32,000 nucleotides of DNA from Raphidiopsis brookii D9 (GTDB taxonomy: Bacteria; Cyanobacteriota; Cyanobacteriia; Cyanobacteriales; Nostocaceae): assembly GCA_000175855.1 (NCBI GenBank), contig ACYB01000005.1:30178-62177 (forward strand), in the 5' to 3' direction. Positions within the stretch are counted from its first letter, which is position 1. Every line of letters begins with the position of its first letter. The position numbers were made by a program, and so were the translations under genes. The notes under the pieces are model-generated. The model was not told the DNA's origin. It saw only the letters and a program-made list of their open reading frames with translations, and searched no databases. Below are positions 1 to 10,652 of the stretch, in pieces.

Positions 1-194
1 TTCCTAATATGCCAGGAGCTGTTCCTTGGACATCTACGCAAGCACTAAACAACAGTACTTTACCATACGTGTTACAACTAGCTAACTTAGGGCTAGAAGC
101 ATTAGAAGTTAACTCAGCTTTAGCCAAGGGTTTAAATATCAAAAGTCATCATCTCTTACACCCTGCGGTACAGGAGGTATTCCCAGATCTATAG
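1..194 (+). CDS. ald: L-alanine dehydrogenase, C-terminal fragment (5' end lies outside the window)
   Basis: The frame is open from the window edge (..PNMPGAVPWTSTQALNNSTLPYVLQLANLGLEAL..GLN..). The NMPGAVP-TST-AL-N-TLPY block is the conserved C-terminal region of alanine dehydrogenases. The stop is at 192-194. Confidence 0.7.
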   Translation, partial: PNMPGAVPWTSTQALNNSTLPYVLQLANLGLEALEVNSALAKGLNIKSHHLLHPAVQEVFPDL

Positions 195-635
195 CTTTAG
201 CTCTTGACATTTTGCATTAGCTTTTTCATAAGCATCTAAGTAATATTGATCACCCAACATTAAATCACCGTAATACTGGTAGGGTGGATCAGTATATATT
301 GGTAAAGGATTGTCTTCTGGATAGTCTTCTTCTGATTCTTCGAGAATTGCTTTTAATTTCTTCAGGGTTAAAACTTGTGCGGGGAAATACCAAATATTTT
401 CAGCTTTTCTTTGCAAATAGGCAAAACTAGGATCGATAATCACATCTTCTAATTCTATCCAAGCATGTTCTATAGGTTTATATGGGTGTCCGGTCAAGGC
501 TAAAAAGCCTTGAACATATTTAGCACCTTCTGTTACTAGTAATGCTTTATATGCGTTTTCAAAAGGTTTCTTAGCTTGACTTTTGATAGTTTGAGCAACC
601 TGTAAAGACAGGGATTCGTTTAATAATTTGCTCAT
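189..635 (-). CDS. hypothetical protein (148 aa), no recognisable domain
   Basis: Uninterrupted ORF with an ATG start and a non-repetitive, acidic sequence. It converges on the ald 3' end with a 6-nt overlap. No motif recognised. Confidence 0.55.
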   Translation of the reverse strand: MSKLLNESLSLQVAQTIKSQAKKPFENAYKALLVTEGAKYVQGFLALTGHPYKPIEHAWIELEDVIIDPSFAYLQRKAENIWYFPAQVLTLKKLKAILEESEEDYPEDNPLPIYTDPPYQYYGDLMLGDQYYLDAYEKANAKCQELKL

Positions 636-830
636 GGTAAGTTAGTTATTTTTAAGGAAAAGGGGACCAAAACTATAAAACACTATAAAACTAAAAACAA
701 GCGACCAGAACCCCATGCTAACTTTGCCATGATGAAATGATCGCTCTTATCCAATTAATCAATTGACACCTAGCCAAAGGAATCAATTGTTATCATCTTA
801 TATCAACATCAGATAACGGGGGATAGAGTG

Positions 831-2264
831 TTACCCCCATAGGGTGTCTGACCCCCCATGGGATGGTGTTGGTTGTAGTATTTGTTGCAAGGTGGGAGCT
901 AAGTTGGGCAAAGGTACTTCTATTTGCTCTCCCGTACTCAAATCCTTTAAGCATGATTTGGCGTTAGCAGCTTCCTGACTACCAATGATGACACAAAATC
1001 TAATTCCCTGTTTATCTGCTAACTGAAATTGCTTACCTAATTGTTTTTTCTCAAAGTTAGTGACAACATTAATTCCCGCTCGTCTTAATTGTTGTGACAC
1101 CTGTAAATAAATGGGCATTAGGTCTTCTTGAATATTTACTACCATTACTTGAGCGGGTGTGGGTGGTAATTTCTGTAAAATATCGGCTTTTAATAATCGA
1201 TTAATTAGTCTAGATAGTCCTATGGAGATCCCTACTCCTGGCATTTTTTCACCCAAAAATATTCCCACTAGTTCTTCATATCTACCACCAGAACAAATAC
1301 TACCAAGGGATTCATGTCCAATTAGGGTGGTTTCATAAACGGTTCCTGTGTAGTAGTTTAACCCACGCGCAATGGATAAGTCAATACAGAAACGTTGGGC
1401 GGGTACTCCTAAATTCTTCACTCCATCAATTACCGCTTCTAATTCACTTACTCCTAAGTTTAAGTTAAATCCTTCCGCTTGGGGTAAATTTACTGCTAGA
1501 TGTTTGAGTTTGTCTAAAACATCATCCACATTGCCATCAATGTTGATAAATTCAATTATCTTTTGGCTTTGTTCTAAAGAAATACCAGTTTTTTCTAGCT
1601 CCTGTTGAACTTGAGATTCACCAATTTTTTCTAGGTTATCAATAATACCAATACAAGTTTTAATTTGCTCCTGGGCAACCCCCAGAGATTGAAAAAAGCC
1701 CGAGAGAATTTTGCGGTTATTAATACGAATGACAAAATCACCAATATTAATGGCTGCAAATATTTCCGTGATAATTGCTGGCATTTGGGCATCGTATAAC
1801 AAACTTAGCTTGTCTCGACCAACTACATCAATGTCACACTGACGAAACTGTCGAAAACGCCCATCTTTTGCCCGTTCCCCCCTAAATACCATATCCATTT
1901 GATAACGGGCAAAGGGGAAAGTTAATTCATTTAAATGACGGGCTATATAAGCAGCTAAAGGAACAGTTTGATCAAATTTTAAAGCCCTAGCTTCCGCACC
2001 AGTTTCCCCAGATTTATCTCTTTCTAATTGGCGGTTCGGTGGTAAAATTGGCTCAATTCCATATATTATATTATCCCCTTGATTGCCTTTGGCTTGCAGT
2101 ACCTCTAGCCTTTCTACCGCTGGTGTTTCTATGGGTGTAAAACCATAACTCTCAAATACTTTACGAATGGTGTCTAGTAAGTATAATTCTAGCCGCTTTT
2201 CCCCAGGGAGAAATTCGGGAAACCCGCTGGGAGTAGCAAAGTTAATTTTCTCGTTTCTTGTCAT
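831..2264 (-). CDS. hisS: histidine--tRNA ligase (class II aminoacyl-tRNA synthetase)
   Basis: 477 aa. The N-terminal G(F/T)PEFLP..., FRGERAKDGRFRQFRQCDIDV (motif 2-like) and SICSGGRYEEL..GVGISIG (motif 3-like) blocks are typical HisS signatures. A C-terminal anticodon-binding-like region follows. Confidence 0.9.
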   Translation of the reverse strand: MTRNEKINFATPSGFPEFLPGEKRLELYLLDTIRKVFESYGFTPIETPAVERLEVLQAKGNQGDNIIYGIEPILPPNRQLERDKSGETGAEARALKFDQTVPLAAYIARHLNELTFPFARYQMDMVFRGERAKDGRFRQFRQCDIDVVGRDKLSLLYDAQMPAIITEIFAAINIGDFVIRINNRKILSGFFQSLGVAQEQIKTCIGIIDNLEKIGESQVQQELEKTGISLEQSQKIIEFINIDGNVDDVLDKLKHLAVNLPQAEGFNLNLGVSELEAVIDGVKNLGVPAQRFCIDLSIARGLNYYTGTVYETTLIGHESLGSICSGGRYEELVGIFLGEKMPGVGISIGLSRLINRLLKADILQKLPPTPAQVMVVNIQEDLMPIYLQVSQQLRRAGINVVTNFEKKQLGKQFQLADKQGIRFCVIIGSQEAANAKSCLKDLSTGEQIEVPLPNLAPTLQQILQPTPSHGGSDTLWG

Positions 2265-2294
2265 CTTTATACCTGGTTTTGTTAATCCTTCTAA

Positions 2295-3692
2295 TTATGG
2301 TTCATCATCCTGGGAAATTTGCAGAACTACTAGGGTCATATCATCAGTGTTTTGTTTATCAGTTCCAATAAATTCCTGCACTTTATCAAATAAATAATCC
2401 ACTATTTCTTGGGGCCCGTTACAATAGCGACAAGCAGCATTAAATGAAGTAATGAAATTATCTTCACTAAAGCGATCGCCACTTGCAGCTGCGGCATCCG
2501 TCAAACCATCAGTATAATAAATTACAGTATCACCTGGTTCTAAGAGAGCTTGACCACTTTCATATTGACTGTTAGCATCGAGACCAATAAGCATGCCCAT
2601 TGTGTCCAGTCTAGTCACAGTTCTAGATGCGGCATGCCACCACAGAGGTGGGTTATGGGCGGCATTACTATAAGACAAAACTCGGGTTCTTGGGTCATAT
2701 TCAGAATAGAACATAGTAACAAAACGGTTCGAATTTTCTAAATCAGCATACATAACCCGGTTTAAATTTTGCAAAATTCCTGCTGCTGAATTACCGTGAA
2801 GTACCTCACCCCTGAGCATTCCTCGCAACATAGTCATAATTAAACCTGCGGGAACACCTTTACCCATCACATCCGCAATCACTACAGCCCAACAGGTGTT
2901 GTCTTGACTCAGATGGTGGGGAGGGTAACTGGTGGTGTGATTGGTGGCAATAAAATCATAATAATCTCCTCCCACGCGATTCGCTGGTTTAAAACGTGCA
3001 GCCAAGACAGCACCGGGAATATTAGGACATAAACGGGGCAAAAGTCTCCGTTGGATTTCTGCTGCGATTTCCAGTTCTTGATCCAACAGTTCTTTTTTCC
3101 GCAGCTCTACGGACAATTCATCATTGCCAATAGCTACTCCAGTTTGATCAGCAACCAGTCTCACTAGTTTTTGCCTGGTCTCTGTCCAACTGTAATCAGG
3201 ATCCCGACTTAGAACATATAGCCAACCCCTTTCTGTGTGTTTAACTATAATTGCCGTGCCAAAAACCTGTACATCTGGACCCAAATACATTTGCATTTGG
3301 TCGTCCAGTATACTAGTGGTTGTGACTGGCACTGAACTGGGGAAAAGGGTAATTTGACTACTGGCAATTTCCAGGGCTTTACGGATACTTTTCCGTTGCT
3401 GACTATCTTGCCAATGTAACTGTTCTAAGGTAACTTGACCATTGGGTTTATACAGAAACAGGGCACTACCATCCGCATCCGTTACCTTAGCAGCCATAAA
3501 CGGAATTAGTTCCAGAAACTGATTTAAATTGTTGAAACTTCTCAAGGCAAATCCCAGAGAACTCAGCAGCTCTTGAATTTTGTTCTGTTCCCGATGTAAC
3601 CTAGCCACAATCTCTTTTAGTGCCACCATTGGGGTGACATCTCTAGTGGCACTACTATTGATTTCTGTGGATTGAGAAGGAAATTGGGACAC
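2295..3692 (-). CDS. GAF-domain-containing PP2C/SpoIIE-family serine phosphatase (RsbU/IcfG-like)
   Basis: 465 aa. The C-terminal half carries AAEIQRRLLP, VGGDYYDF, IADVMGKGVPAG, YYTDGLTDA and DDMTLVVL, the metal-binding blocks of SpoIIE/PP2C phosphatases. The N-terminal ~200 aa resembles a GAF sensor. Confidence 0.85.
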   Translation of the reverse strand: MSQFPSQSTEINSSATRDVTPMVALKEIVARLHREQNKIQELLSSLGFALRSFNNLNQFLELIPFMAAKVTDADGSALFLYKPNGQVTLEQLHWQDSQQRKSIRKALEIASSQITLFPSSVPVTTTSILDDQMQMYLGPDVQVFGTAIIVKHTERGWLYVLSRDPDYSWTETRQKLVRLVADQTGVAIGNDELSVELRKKELLDQELEIAAEIQRRLLPRLCPNIPGAVLAARFKPANRVGGDYYDFIATNHTTSYPPHHLSQDNTCWAVVIADVMGKGVPAGLIMTMLRGMLRGEVLHGNSAAGILQNLNRVMYADLENSNRFVTMFYSEYDPRTRVLSYSNAAHNPPLWWHAASRTVTRLDTMGMLIGLDANSQYESGQALLEPGDTVIYYTDGLTDAAAASGDRFSEDNFITSFNAACRYCNGPQEIVDYLFDKVQEFIGTDKQNTDDMTLVVLQISQDDEP

Positions 3693-3989
3693 AGGCTGCT
3701 ATTTTCTGTAAGTGTTAGAATAAATGAACAAGCTTTTAAGATTAGTCATTTTAGCAAGGGCATCATAACCGAATATGTAACTTTTAGGGTATTTTAGGTT
3801 AGAAATTCCAGGCGGACATTTTGAATCGTGTGTATGTGTATATGCTCACTCTCCAATGACTAAAAAATAGTTCTAGTGTGAGATTTTACCAGAATTTGTC
3901 CATTTTTTACGAAAAAAAGAATTATTTTTGATAATTTTTATTTCCAACCTATCTCCCCTATCCCAGTTTAAAAGTTTTTAGTTTTTTTG

Positions 3990-5552
3990 TTAGTTTAAGA
4001 GAGCCTCAACAAACTCATAACTGGAGAATGGACGTAAATCTTCAATTCCTTCCCCAGCACCTATAAAGCGAATTGGTAAACCTAACTGTTGCACTACTGC
4101 CAAGGCCACTCCCCCTTTGGCTGTGCCATCTAACTTAGTTAAAACAACACCACTAAGTTGAGCAGCTTGAGAAAAAACTTCAGCTTGTCTAATTCCGTTT
4201 TGTCCTAAGGTGGAATCTAGGACCAACAGCGACTCTACACGGGCATCGGCGGCTTTCTTGTCAATAATTCGACGAATCTTGCTCAGTTCATCCATTAGGT
4301 TTTTCTTGTTTTGCAGTCTCCCTGCTGTGTCTACTAACAGTAATTCCGTTTTCCGTGATTGGGCAGCTGCGATCGCATCAAATACAATAGCAGCAGGGTC
4401 AGTATTTTTACCGGGGTTGGCAATCACTTCTACACCACTTCTACTTCCCCAAACTTTTACCTGCTCCACAGCAGCAGCGCGGAAAGTATCAGCAGCAGCA
4501 ATTAAACAGTTATATCCAGATTTCTGAGCTAGGTGAGCAATTTTACCAATAGTTGTGGTTTTACCAGCACCATTCACCCCTGTAATTAACCAAATAGTGA
4601 GTTTGTCTTTTTCTGGAGCAAAACCCGATCTAGGTGCTGATTCCAGAGGTTTCTCAAGCATATCCCGGAGGATTTGCTTGAGATAGGCAATTGCTTGTTC
4701 GGGGGGGGTAACCTCATCGCGAAGTTTTTTCTGGAGGGATTGAATAATCAAATCAGTAGCTTCAACACCTACATCAGCCTGTAGCAGTACTCCTTCAATT
4801 TCTGCTACTGCGTCTTGATTTAGGGGGCCTTGTCCAACAATAGCTTTTAACTGATTTAGTATATTACGTCTAGTTTTATCCAGTCCCTGACGCAGTTTTT
4901 TCAACCAAGTAATTTCCTCTATGGAAATGTCTTCTGCTCGTCTACCCTGGGCGGCTAAAACTTCTGCTGACCAAACAAAGCCATCGTCAAATTCTAATTC
5001 AGGAATTGCTATTGTGATGCTAACGCTGGGCATAACCGTAGTTTCTGGTTCAGGAACCTCCACAGCAGTGGCAATTAATCTCTCTTGTTTAGCCTGTCTA
5101 TCTGCAGTTGCTCGCTCTAAAAAGGATAATTGCGGATGTCCATCAATTCCCGCTTCCGGTGGAATATGGTCCGTGTCTGAAATCAATTCTTCACCGACAT
5201 CCCTACTGGTCACCAGAATCTCATCTTTAACCGTTACCGGTGAATTGACAGAGCTGTCTTCTGATATTTCCCCAATTTCTTGAGTAATTTGATGGATTTC
5301 TGAAGTTTCACTAGTTGTAACTGAAGATGCTTCATCAGTTACAGTCGTACTTTCTTGATCTTGAGACTGTTGTTTTTGCTGAATATTCTTATAAGCAGCT
5401 TTGGCATAGGCCAACAGATCCGCTGGATCAATTATTGTTTCCGGAGCTGATTCTGGTGATACTTCCTGATTAGATGAAGTTTCACTTTGTACTTGAGTTT
5501 CCGTAATAGCGGAAGAATCATCATGTTGACGGCGAAACCAGTTAAATGACAT
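3990..5552 (-). CDS. ftsY: signal recognition particle receptor FtsY
   Basis: SRP GTPase motifs GVNGAGKTTTIGK, DTAGRL and TKLDGTAKGG, with a long acidic S/T/E/Q-rich N-terminal A-domain. I place the start at the ATG at 5552 (MSFNWFRRQ...) rather than the ORF-track start at 5618. Confidence 0.9.
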   Translation of the reverse strand: MSFNWFRRQHDDSSAITETQVQSETSSNQEVSPESAPETIIDPADLLAYAKAAYKNIQQKQQSQDQESTTVTDEASSVTTSETSEIHQITQEIGEISEDSSVNSPVTVKDEILVTSRDVGEELISDTDHIPPEAGIDGHPQLSFLERATADRQAKQERLIATAVEVPEPETTVMPSVSITIAIPELEFDDGFVWSAEVLAAQGRRAEDISIEEITWLKKLRQGLDKTRRNILNQLKAIVGQGPLNQDAVAEIEGVLLQADVGVEATDLIIQSLQKKLRDEVTPPEQAIAYLKQILRDMLEKPLESAPRSGFAPEKDKLTIWLITGVNGAGKTTTIGKIAHLAQKSGYNCLIAAADTFRAAAVEQVKVWGSRSGVEVIANPGKNTDPAAIVFDAIAAAQSRKTELLLVDTAGRLQNKKNLMDELSKIRRIIDKKAADARVESLLVLDSTLGQNGIRQAEVFSQAAQLSGVVLTKLDGTAKGGVALAVVQQLGLPIRFIGAGEGIEDLRPFSSYEFVEALLN

Positions 5553-5627
5553 TTTAGCTTGATTAAGTATGATTATTGTGATTTGATCCTTGGAGGATTG
5601 ACAACTCAGAACCACCAAGGTATATAA

Positions 5628-6269
5628 TTAAGCAGGTTGTTTCTGTTCTGTGACCCGACGTAAAACACCATTAATAAATCGATGTCCATCATCGCCACTA
5701 TAACGTTTAGCCAGCTCTACTGCTTCATTAATAGCAATGCTGGGAGGAACCTCCATAAATTTCATTTCAGCCACAGCAATTTGAAGTATATCTCTATCTA
5801 TTTGAGCTAGTCTAGTTACTTGCCAGTCTACCAGTGCTTGGGAGATAATCTGATCTAAAATAGTTCGATTCTCATCAACAGTAACCACAATTTCCTTAGC
5901 GTAATTGCGAACTTCCTTATCTTGATTAGCCAATTGAATCAACTCAGGGAAATCAACAGCTAAACCCAATTGATTAATAGCTGTTTGAGTGCAGCCAATG
6001 GCTTCTTGAAGCATTGTTCTAGCCATATTTAAGTCAGAGGCACGGGTTTGACTAGTTAATAAACGGTCATTGCTGCGCTGTAATTCAGCTGCAGCACTAT
6101 TTAATGTATCCTGTACTTCTGCCGTTAAAGTGCGGACAGCACCAAGAACGAGCTTGGCCATTAGTTGGTCGTCTGGTAGTTTCTGCAATTTTTTAGGATT
6201 GACTGGCAACTGACTAAGACTTAGTAGAGCTAGTTCTCTAGCTATTTGTTGAGGTTTACGAGGTTGCAT
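5628..6269 (-). CDS. nusB: transcription antitermination factor NusB (long cyanobacterial form)
   Basis: 213 aa. It has an N-terminal [10 protein letters not shown] and the C-terminal [10 protein letters not shown]....[10 protein letters not shown] block characteristic of NusB. It lies immediately upstream of ftsY (9-nt gap). Confidence 0.85.
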   Translation of the reverse strand: MQPRKPQQIARELALLSLSQLPVNPKKLQKLPDDQLMAKLVLGAVRTLTAEVQDTLNSAAAELQRSNDRLLTSQTRASDLNMARTMLQEAIGCTQTAINQLGLAVDFPELIQLANQDKEVRNYAKEIVVTVDENRTILDQIISQALVDWQVTRLAQIDRDILQIAVAEMKFMEVPPSIAINEAVELAKRYSGDDGHRFINGVLRRVTEQKQPA

Positions 6270-6343
6270 AATCTTACATAATAATATGGTAGGAATAAGA
6301 AATTAACTACAAGTTAAAACCAGGATATTGTTAGGTTGTTAGG

Positions 6344-7057
6344 TCAGAAATCAGGTTCAACACCAACCAGATGGCTTTTGCTTTCTGTGGTTAGTGCTGG
6401 AGTTGTTAAGGGCAATTGGGACATAACTATACCATTGCTAGGCGCGACTATACCGCCAGATACAATGATTTTAAATGCATCCTCTATAGACATTGTCAGA
6501 TTGATTGCTTCATCTTCTGGAACCACTGCGTACCACCCAGTAGTGGGGTTAGGAGTAGTGGGAATAAAAATGCTCAACATGGGACGACTCAATTTTGCTT
6601 GAATGTCGCTGGCAATTACACCAGTGACAAAGCCAATAGACCATATTCCCCTCCTAGGATATTCCAATAACACAACTCGACGGAATTTGCCATTGGAATC
6701 TTTGAGTATGGTCTCTAGCAATTGTTTGAGAGTTTTGTAGACTTGACCAGCTAAGGGAATTGCGTGCAATATCCTCTCCCCAAAGTCAAGCAACCATTTG
6801 CCAAAGATATTCCGGGCCATTAGACCAATAAATAGAATGCTAATTAATGGTACTGCTAAACCGACTAAAAAGTTCAATAAGTTAACTAGTATGGGGTTTA
6901 GTCCATCAAAGGGGTTAAGCTGTTTAGGGATTTGGGTGAGAAAGTTAATTACCCAGTTGGCAATCGTAATGGTTAACCAAATGGTGGTTGCTAGGGGTAT
7001 TACCACCAACAAGCCAGCTATCAAGTCATTTTTTAAGTCCTGTTTAAGCCGTTCCAT
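6344..7057 (-). CDS. DUF502-family membrane protein
   Basis: Two N-terminal TM helices (LIAGLLVVIPLATTIWLTITIANWV.., LNFLVGLAVPLISILFIGLMARN) are followed by an IPLAGQVYK.. PRRG.WS.GFVT .. PTTPNPTTG core typical of DUF502. The start is placed at the ATG at 7057 (MERLKQDL); the 52-codon upstream extension in the ORF track looks non-coding. Confidence 0.75.
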   Translation of the reverse strand: MERLKQDLKNDLIAGLLVVIPLATTIWLTITIANWVINFLTQIPKQLNPFDGLNPILVNLLNFLVGLAVPLISILFIGLMARNIFGKWLLDFGERILHAIPLAGQVYKTLKQLLETILKDSNGKFRRVVLLEYPRRGIWSIGFVTGVIASDIQAKLSRPMLSIFIPTTPNPTTGWYAVVPEDEAINLTMSIEDAFKIIVSGGIVAPSNGIVMSQLPLTTPALTTESKSHLVGVEPDF

Positions 7058-7291
7058 GACCAAGCCCGGATCCTCCTTGTTTTGGCTACTAGAATTTTTG
7101 TGATTGATTTCCACACCACAAATCCTTATTGTCAGTCCAGATAAATGAGTCCTAAGTTTAAGATTTATTACTTGTTTCTCATTATCAGTTGCTTTAGTCC
7201 TGCAAATAGGCACGCTAAGACATATTGCCTGTAAATTATTGTTGCAGGTTTTCGAGGTATTATTAATCCTAGCGTTAATCGTAGCTAATGA

Positions 7292-8134
7292 TCACCCAAG
7301 ATTTTGGTTTTCCTTGTTATTGAACCTACGTGTACTAGATGTAGTTTTTAATCCATTCCAACCGATGATAATGTAACCAATAGATAACAACAGACTGCCA
7401 ATTCCTATTCTTAGTCCAGACTTCCAAGCATTGTCTTTAGCTTGTGTTTCTGCTTCCCTTTGGCGTTGGCGAATTTGCTCGATTTTTTGTTTGGCAATTT
7501 CATTGGGATCGGTCTGCTGGGCAATAAATTTATCTATGTCTTGCGGGTTGGCTTGCAGTTTCTTGAGTAACTCTTTCTGTTCCGGGGGAAGTTGGGGGTT
7601 GGCTATTGCTTGTTTATATTTTTGTGGATCTTTAAGTATTTCAGTAATTTGTGCCTTCGCCTGAATTTGAGCCTGTTGTAATTGAGCGCGACCTTGGTCA
7701 TTATTCAGCTGACCCTGGAATTGGGCCAACTGGGTATTAAGTTGGGATTCTGCTTGTTGAGCATCTTGAGCAATTTGATTAACTTTTTCTTTACTGACCT
7801 GATCCACAGTTGTCACATGCAGGGGAAAAATCAACAAAAACATTAGACCAAAAATGCTAGAAAGTATTAAGGAAGGAAATTTAAAATCCATACCCGAATT
7901 TTTTCCCTGTTCATTGGTGTCCAACCAGTGGGCAATGAGAATCATTGCTAAACCTACCATGGGGACAACACCACGATCTACTAATGCTGTGGTTAGACCA
8001 ACTTGTGCTTGTTTATCTGTAAAGTTGAATCCCAGCATCAAAATCAAAAAATCTATGAAAAAAGATAAAATACAAACTATCCCCACTACTTTGAGAGTGA
8101 GGGAAGTATGAGAGTTGGTAGGACGATTAGCCAT
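7292..8134 (-). CDS. hpsJ: HpsJ-like membrane protein (hormogonium polysaccharide locus family)
   Basis: 280 aa. N-terminal hydrophobic helices (LKVVGIVCILSFFIDFLILML.., RGVVPMVGLAMILIAHWLD), a central Q/A-rich coiled coil and a C-terminal TM. The architecture, N-terminal sequence and position next to hps-type pseudopilins match HpsJ-family proteins as I remember them; this was not verified by search. Confidence 0.5.
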   Translation of the reverse strand: MANRPTNSHTSLTLKVVGIVCILSFFIDFLILMLGFNFTDKQAQVGLTTALVDRGVVPMVGLAMILIAHWLDTNEQGKNSGMDFKFPSLILSSIFGLMFLLIFPLHVTTVDQVSKEKVNQIAQDAQQAESQLNTQLAQFQGQLNNDQGRAQLQQAQIQAKAQITEILKDPQKYKQAIANPQLPPEQKELLKKLQANPQDIDKFIAQQTDPNEIAKQKIEQIRQRQREAETQAKDNAWKSGLRIGIGSLLLSIGYIIIGWNGLKTTSSTRRFNNKENQNLG

Positions 8135-8349
8135 ATTTTCCTAAGTCTGTGGTGAAGAAAACTGATGGGTCTATTAAGTTATCTAAGTTATCTAGAATAT
8201 CAATATCAGTCCAAGCAGGGGTAGTTGCCGAGATGGATAATTGACTTTGATACAACCCAATTAAGTAATGACCATCATTCATAAAATATATCATACTGAT
8301 GATACTGGCTCATCACGATATGGTTTTTAAAAACTGAAACTCGTATTAA

Positions 8350-8871
8350 TTAATAGCAGTAGGCATTATTTTTGATCACAGTATTTTCCCTAGCAGTTCT
8401 GAGGGAACCCAAAATTGTGGAGACAATAACACAGCGTTTTGCCGTTCCACCCGACTTCATAGACAGAGTAACTGTCCCCAAAGGAGGTTTTCTGATAGCG
8501 CCTAAATCATCAAATTGAATATGTCTAATACCATGAGACTCTTGTAAAGTTGTTTCCCGATCTAATTGAACAGCAGAATCTAAACTATGCCAGACCGCAT
8601 TAGCGGGATGAACTAAAATTGGGTGAACGGCCCATTTAACTATACCATTTTCTTGTTTAAAACTAGCTTGCCAAGTAGATTTTTCTTTTTTAGCCTGACT
8701 TTGAGCTTGACGCAATGCTTGATAAACTTGTTCTTGAGCCACATTGAGATGATAGTTTGTCAAAAAACTTAGCCAGGAGGGTGTAACCATTGCTGATAGA
8801 ATACCAATTATCGCTAAAACCATGAGATTTTCCCACACAGTAAATCCTGGCTCTGATGTTTGGGTGTTCAT
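8350..8871 (-). CDS. prepilin-type pseudopilin, GspH/FimT-like (HpsD/HpsH-like)
   Basis: The N-terminus MNTQTSEPG|FTVWENLMVLAIIGILSA is a canonical prepilin peptidase cleavage/methylation motif (G|FT..E plus a hydrophobic helix). Size is 173 aa, and it is the last gene of the pseudopilin run. Confidence 0.75.
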   Translation of the reverse strand: MNTQTSEPGFTVWENLMVLAIIGILSAMVTPSWLSFLTNYHLNVAQEQVYQALRQAQSQAKKEKSTWQASFKQENGIVKWAVHPILVHPANAVWHSLDSAVQLDRETTLQESHGIRHIQFDDLGAIRKPPLGTVTLSMKSGGTAKRCVIVSTILGSLRTARENTVIKNNAYCY

Positions 8872-8938
8872 AGATAGTGTTCCTCTTTTGGAAAAAAGAC
8901 TTTCTCAACAACTAAATTAATAAACTAATTAACAACTG

Positions 8939-9952
8939 CTATTTATAGAAAAAACCCTTTCCCTTCACCTGAGTGCTAACAGTGGGAAAATAGTGACTTA
9001 GTTGATTACTATTGATATTTAAATTATTAGGAATGCGAGCTAAAGCATCTCCCCGAATAAATACTTGTGCCGTTGCATTCAGTCTATCTACGCAGGCATA
9101 AAAACTAGTCATCCGACCAGTTGTAGTATTACTAAAATTGGATGAAGTAACCCTTGACCAAGTAATTTTAGGGTTAGTAGAGTCCGGGGGACAAACCGCA
9201 GGAGGTATATTATTAATTCTACTGTCAATATAATCTACTAAAACTATGGGGTCATTAGTATATCTAGCACTGTGCTTTCTCCAACCATTCATGATTTGTT
9301 CTAAATTACCTGAATTATTGAGATTAAAAAGAGAAAATCCAGGTTCAGGACAAAATTCTGGGGGATCAGAATTAGAATTGCCCTTTATAGAATTGCCCTT
9401 AATATATGTTCCCGGATATCCATTGCAATCAACTATTTGATTAAACTCTCTAGTATTAGCCAGAACACCATCTCTAATTTTCCATCTAGCAATACGAGCT
9501 GATTTTGACCACTCAGATCCGGATGCAGTTGTATCTCTGATTAAATAATAAACAACCAGAGAATAAACAAAAGCATCATCTTTGATTGAATTTCCGGGAA
9601 CTGGTAAAACATTTTCTATTGTTTCCTGTCGCCAAAAAACCAGCACAGGAACCCTGTCTATACCGGTAGGAGTAGAGGGTAATTGGGATCTGATAGCATT
9701 TATTCCCTGAGCATCATAAATATAAATTGCCTGTTTTAAATCATTGGCAATATAGTTCAAAGCTGTTTGAATTTCTGCCCCAGTAGTTATTTTGGCTTGT
9801 TCCTGTCGGTTTATTTCGATCACATTAATTAGTAACCTTAATAGAAGAGTAATACTGATGACTCCTGTGGTCAAACCAACGAGTAGTTGCACTATGGTAA
9901 ATCCATAGAATGAACCATTTTTTGAGGGCGTAAGTAAGGAGATTATTGACAT
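8939..9952 (-). CDS. hpsC: large pseudopilin-like protein (HpsC-like), atypical Gln at +5
   Basis: Starting at the ATG at 9952 gives MSIISLLTPSKNGSFYG|FTIVQLLVGLTTGVISITLLL, a pilin-like leader and helix with Q instead of E at +5. That start overlaps the stop of the upstream pseudopilin gene by 10 nt (ATGTCAATAA), suggesting translational coupling. Confidence 0.6.
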   Translation of the reverse strand: MSIISLLTPSKNGSFYGFTIVQLLVGLTTGVISITLLLRLLINVIEINRQEQAKITTGAEIQTALNYIANDLKQAIYIYDAQGINAIRSQLPSTPTGIDRVPVLVFWRQETIENVLPVPGNSIKDDAFVYSLVVYYLIRDTTASGSEWSKSARIARWKIRDGVLANTREFNQIVDCNGYPGTYIKGNSIKGNSNSDPPEFCPEPGFSLFNLNNSGNLEQIMNGWRKHSARYTNDPIVLVDYIDSRINNIPPAVCPPDSTNPKITWSRVTSSNFSNTTTGRMTSFYACVDRLNATAQVFIRGDALARIPNNLNINSNQLSHYFPTVSTQVKGKGFFYK

Positions 9953-10626
9953 AGGGTGGAACTGGAATAAGTGGTGGGTGCGATCGTACCTAAACGCTGA
10001 CATAGAGAGTAAAAAGAGGTTTTATTATTGGTTACTTCCGTGGTCATTTGTATTAGTGGCACCTGTTTATTGCCAAGATTATGACTTATGGAAGATGAGG
10101 TGGATTTATTAATTGAGATTTGTTGAGTAAAATCAATATCTGCTCTAAAAACTCGTATGGACAAAAGATAACTCTCATTTTTGGAACTTGTGGCAATTGT
10201 ACCCGCTTGAATATAAAACAAATTATTGGAATTATTTTGGCATCCCGTAAAACTAATTATGCCATTTTGGTTATAACAATATAAGCCATTTGCTGATGTT
10301 GGTGCTGGCATTTGCGAGCTGGTAATCAAATAATCTTGGGGACTGGTAGAAATATTCCTGGGAGCTTGTTGACTAGGAGTAATTTCAGATATTACTTGTG
10401 GCGTGACAATGGAACCCATTTTCACCCCATTAACAAATGATGTTACTGCTTGAGCAGCCATTTCCACGCGCCGTGCTTGCATACGGATGGCTGTGGACAT
10501 AATCCATATTGGAGTGATTACCATTAATAATAAAGATACAGTGGAAATGGCCACTAGTGATTCTAAAACAGTAAAACCATCATATTCTGAATAACAGGGT
10601 AAATATTTTTTGAGATGACTTAGCAT
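9943..10626 (-). CDS. hpsB: prepilin-type pseudopilin (HpsB-like)
   Basis: The N-terminus ..SEYDG|FTVLESLVAISTVSLLLMVITP is a canonical G|FT..E prepilin signal. 227 aa. It begins 26 nt downstream of the HpsA-like gene. Confidence 0.65.
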   Translation of the reverse strand: MLSHLKKYLPCYSEYDGFTVLESLVAISTVSLLLMVITPIWIMSTAIRMQARRVEMAAQAVTSFVNGVKMGSIVTPQVISEITPSQQAPRNISTSPQDYLITSSQMPAPTSANGLYCYNQNGIISFTGCQNNSNNLFYIQAGTIATSSKNESYLLSIRVFRADIDFTQQISINKSTSSSISHNLGNKQVPLIQMTTEVTNNKTSFYSLCQRLGTIAPTTYSSSTLCQ

Positions 10627-10652
10627 ATTTTTAAAAATAATCTAAGAATAAT

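Noticed and set aside
5553-5618. N-terminal extensions offered by the ORF track for ftsY (22 codons) and for the DUF502 gene (52 codons, 7058-7213).
   Set aside because: The extensions encode implausible leader sequences. The internal ATGs give N-termini (MSFNWFRR.. and MERLKQDL..) that match the usual starts of these families as I know them.
8188-8207. A short direct repeat, TAAGTTATCTAAGTTATCTA, upstream of the HpsJ-like gene.
   Set aside because: It is only two 9-nt units in an AT-rich intergenic region, with no further copies in the window. That is insufficient to call a regulatory repeat.
8690-8911. A 73-aa ORF overlapping the 5' part of the 173-aa pseudopilin gene on the same strand.
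   Set aside because: It is an alternative frame of a gene whose own frame has a canonical prepilin signal, and it has no features of its own.
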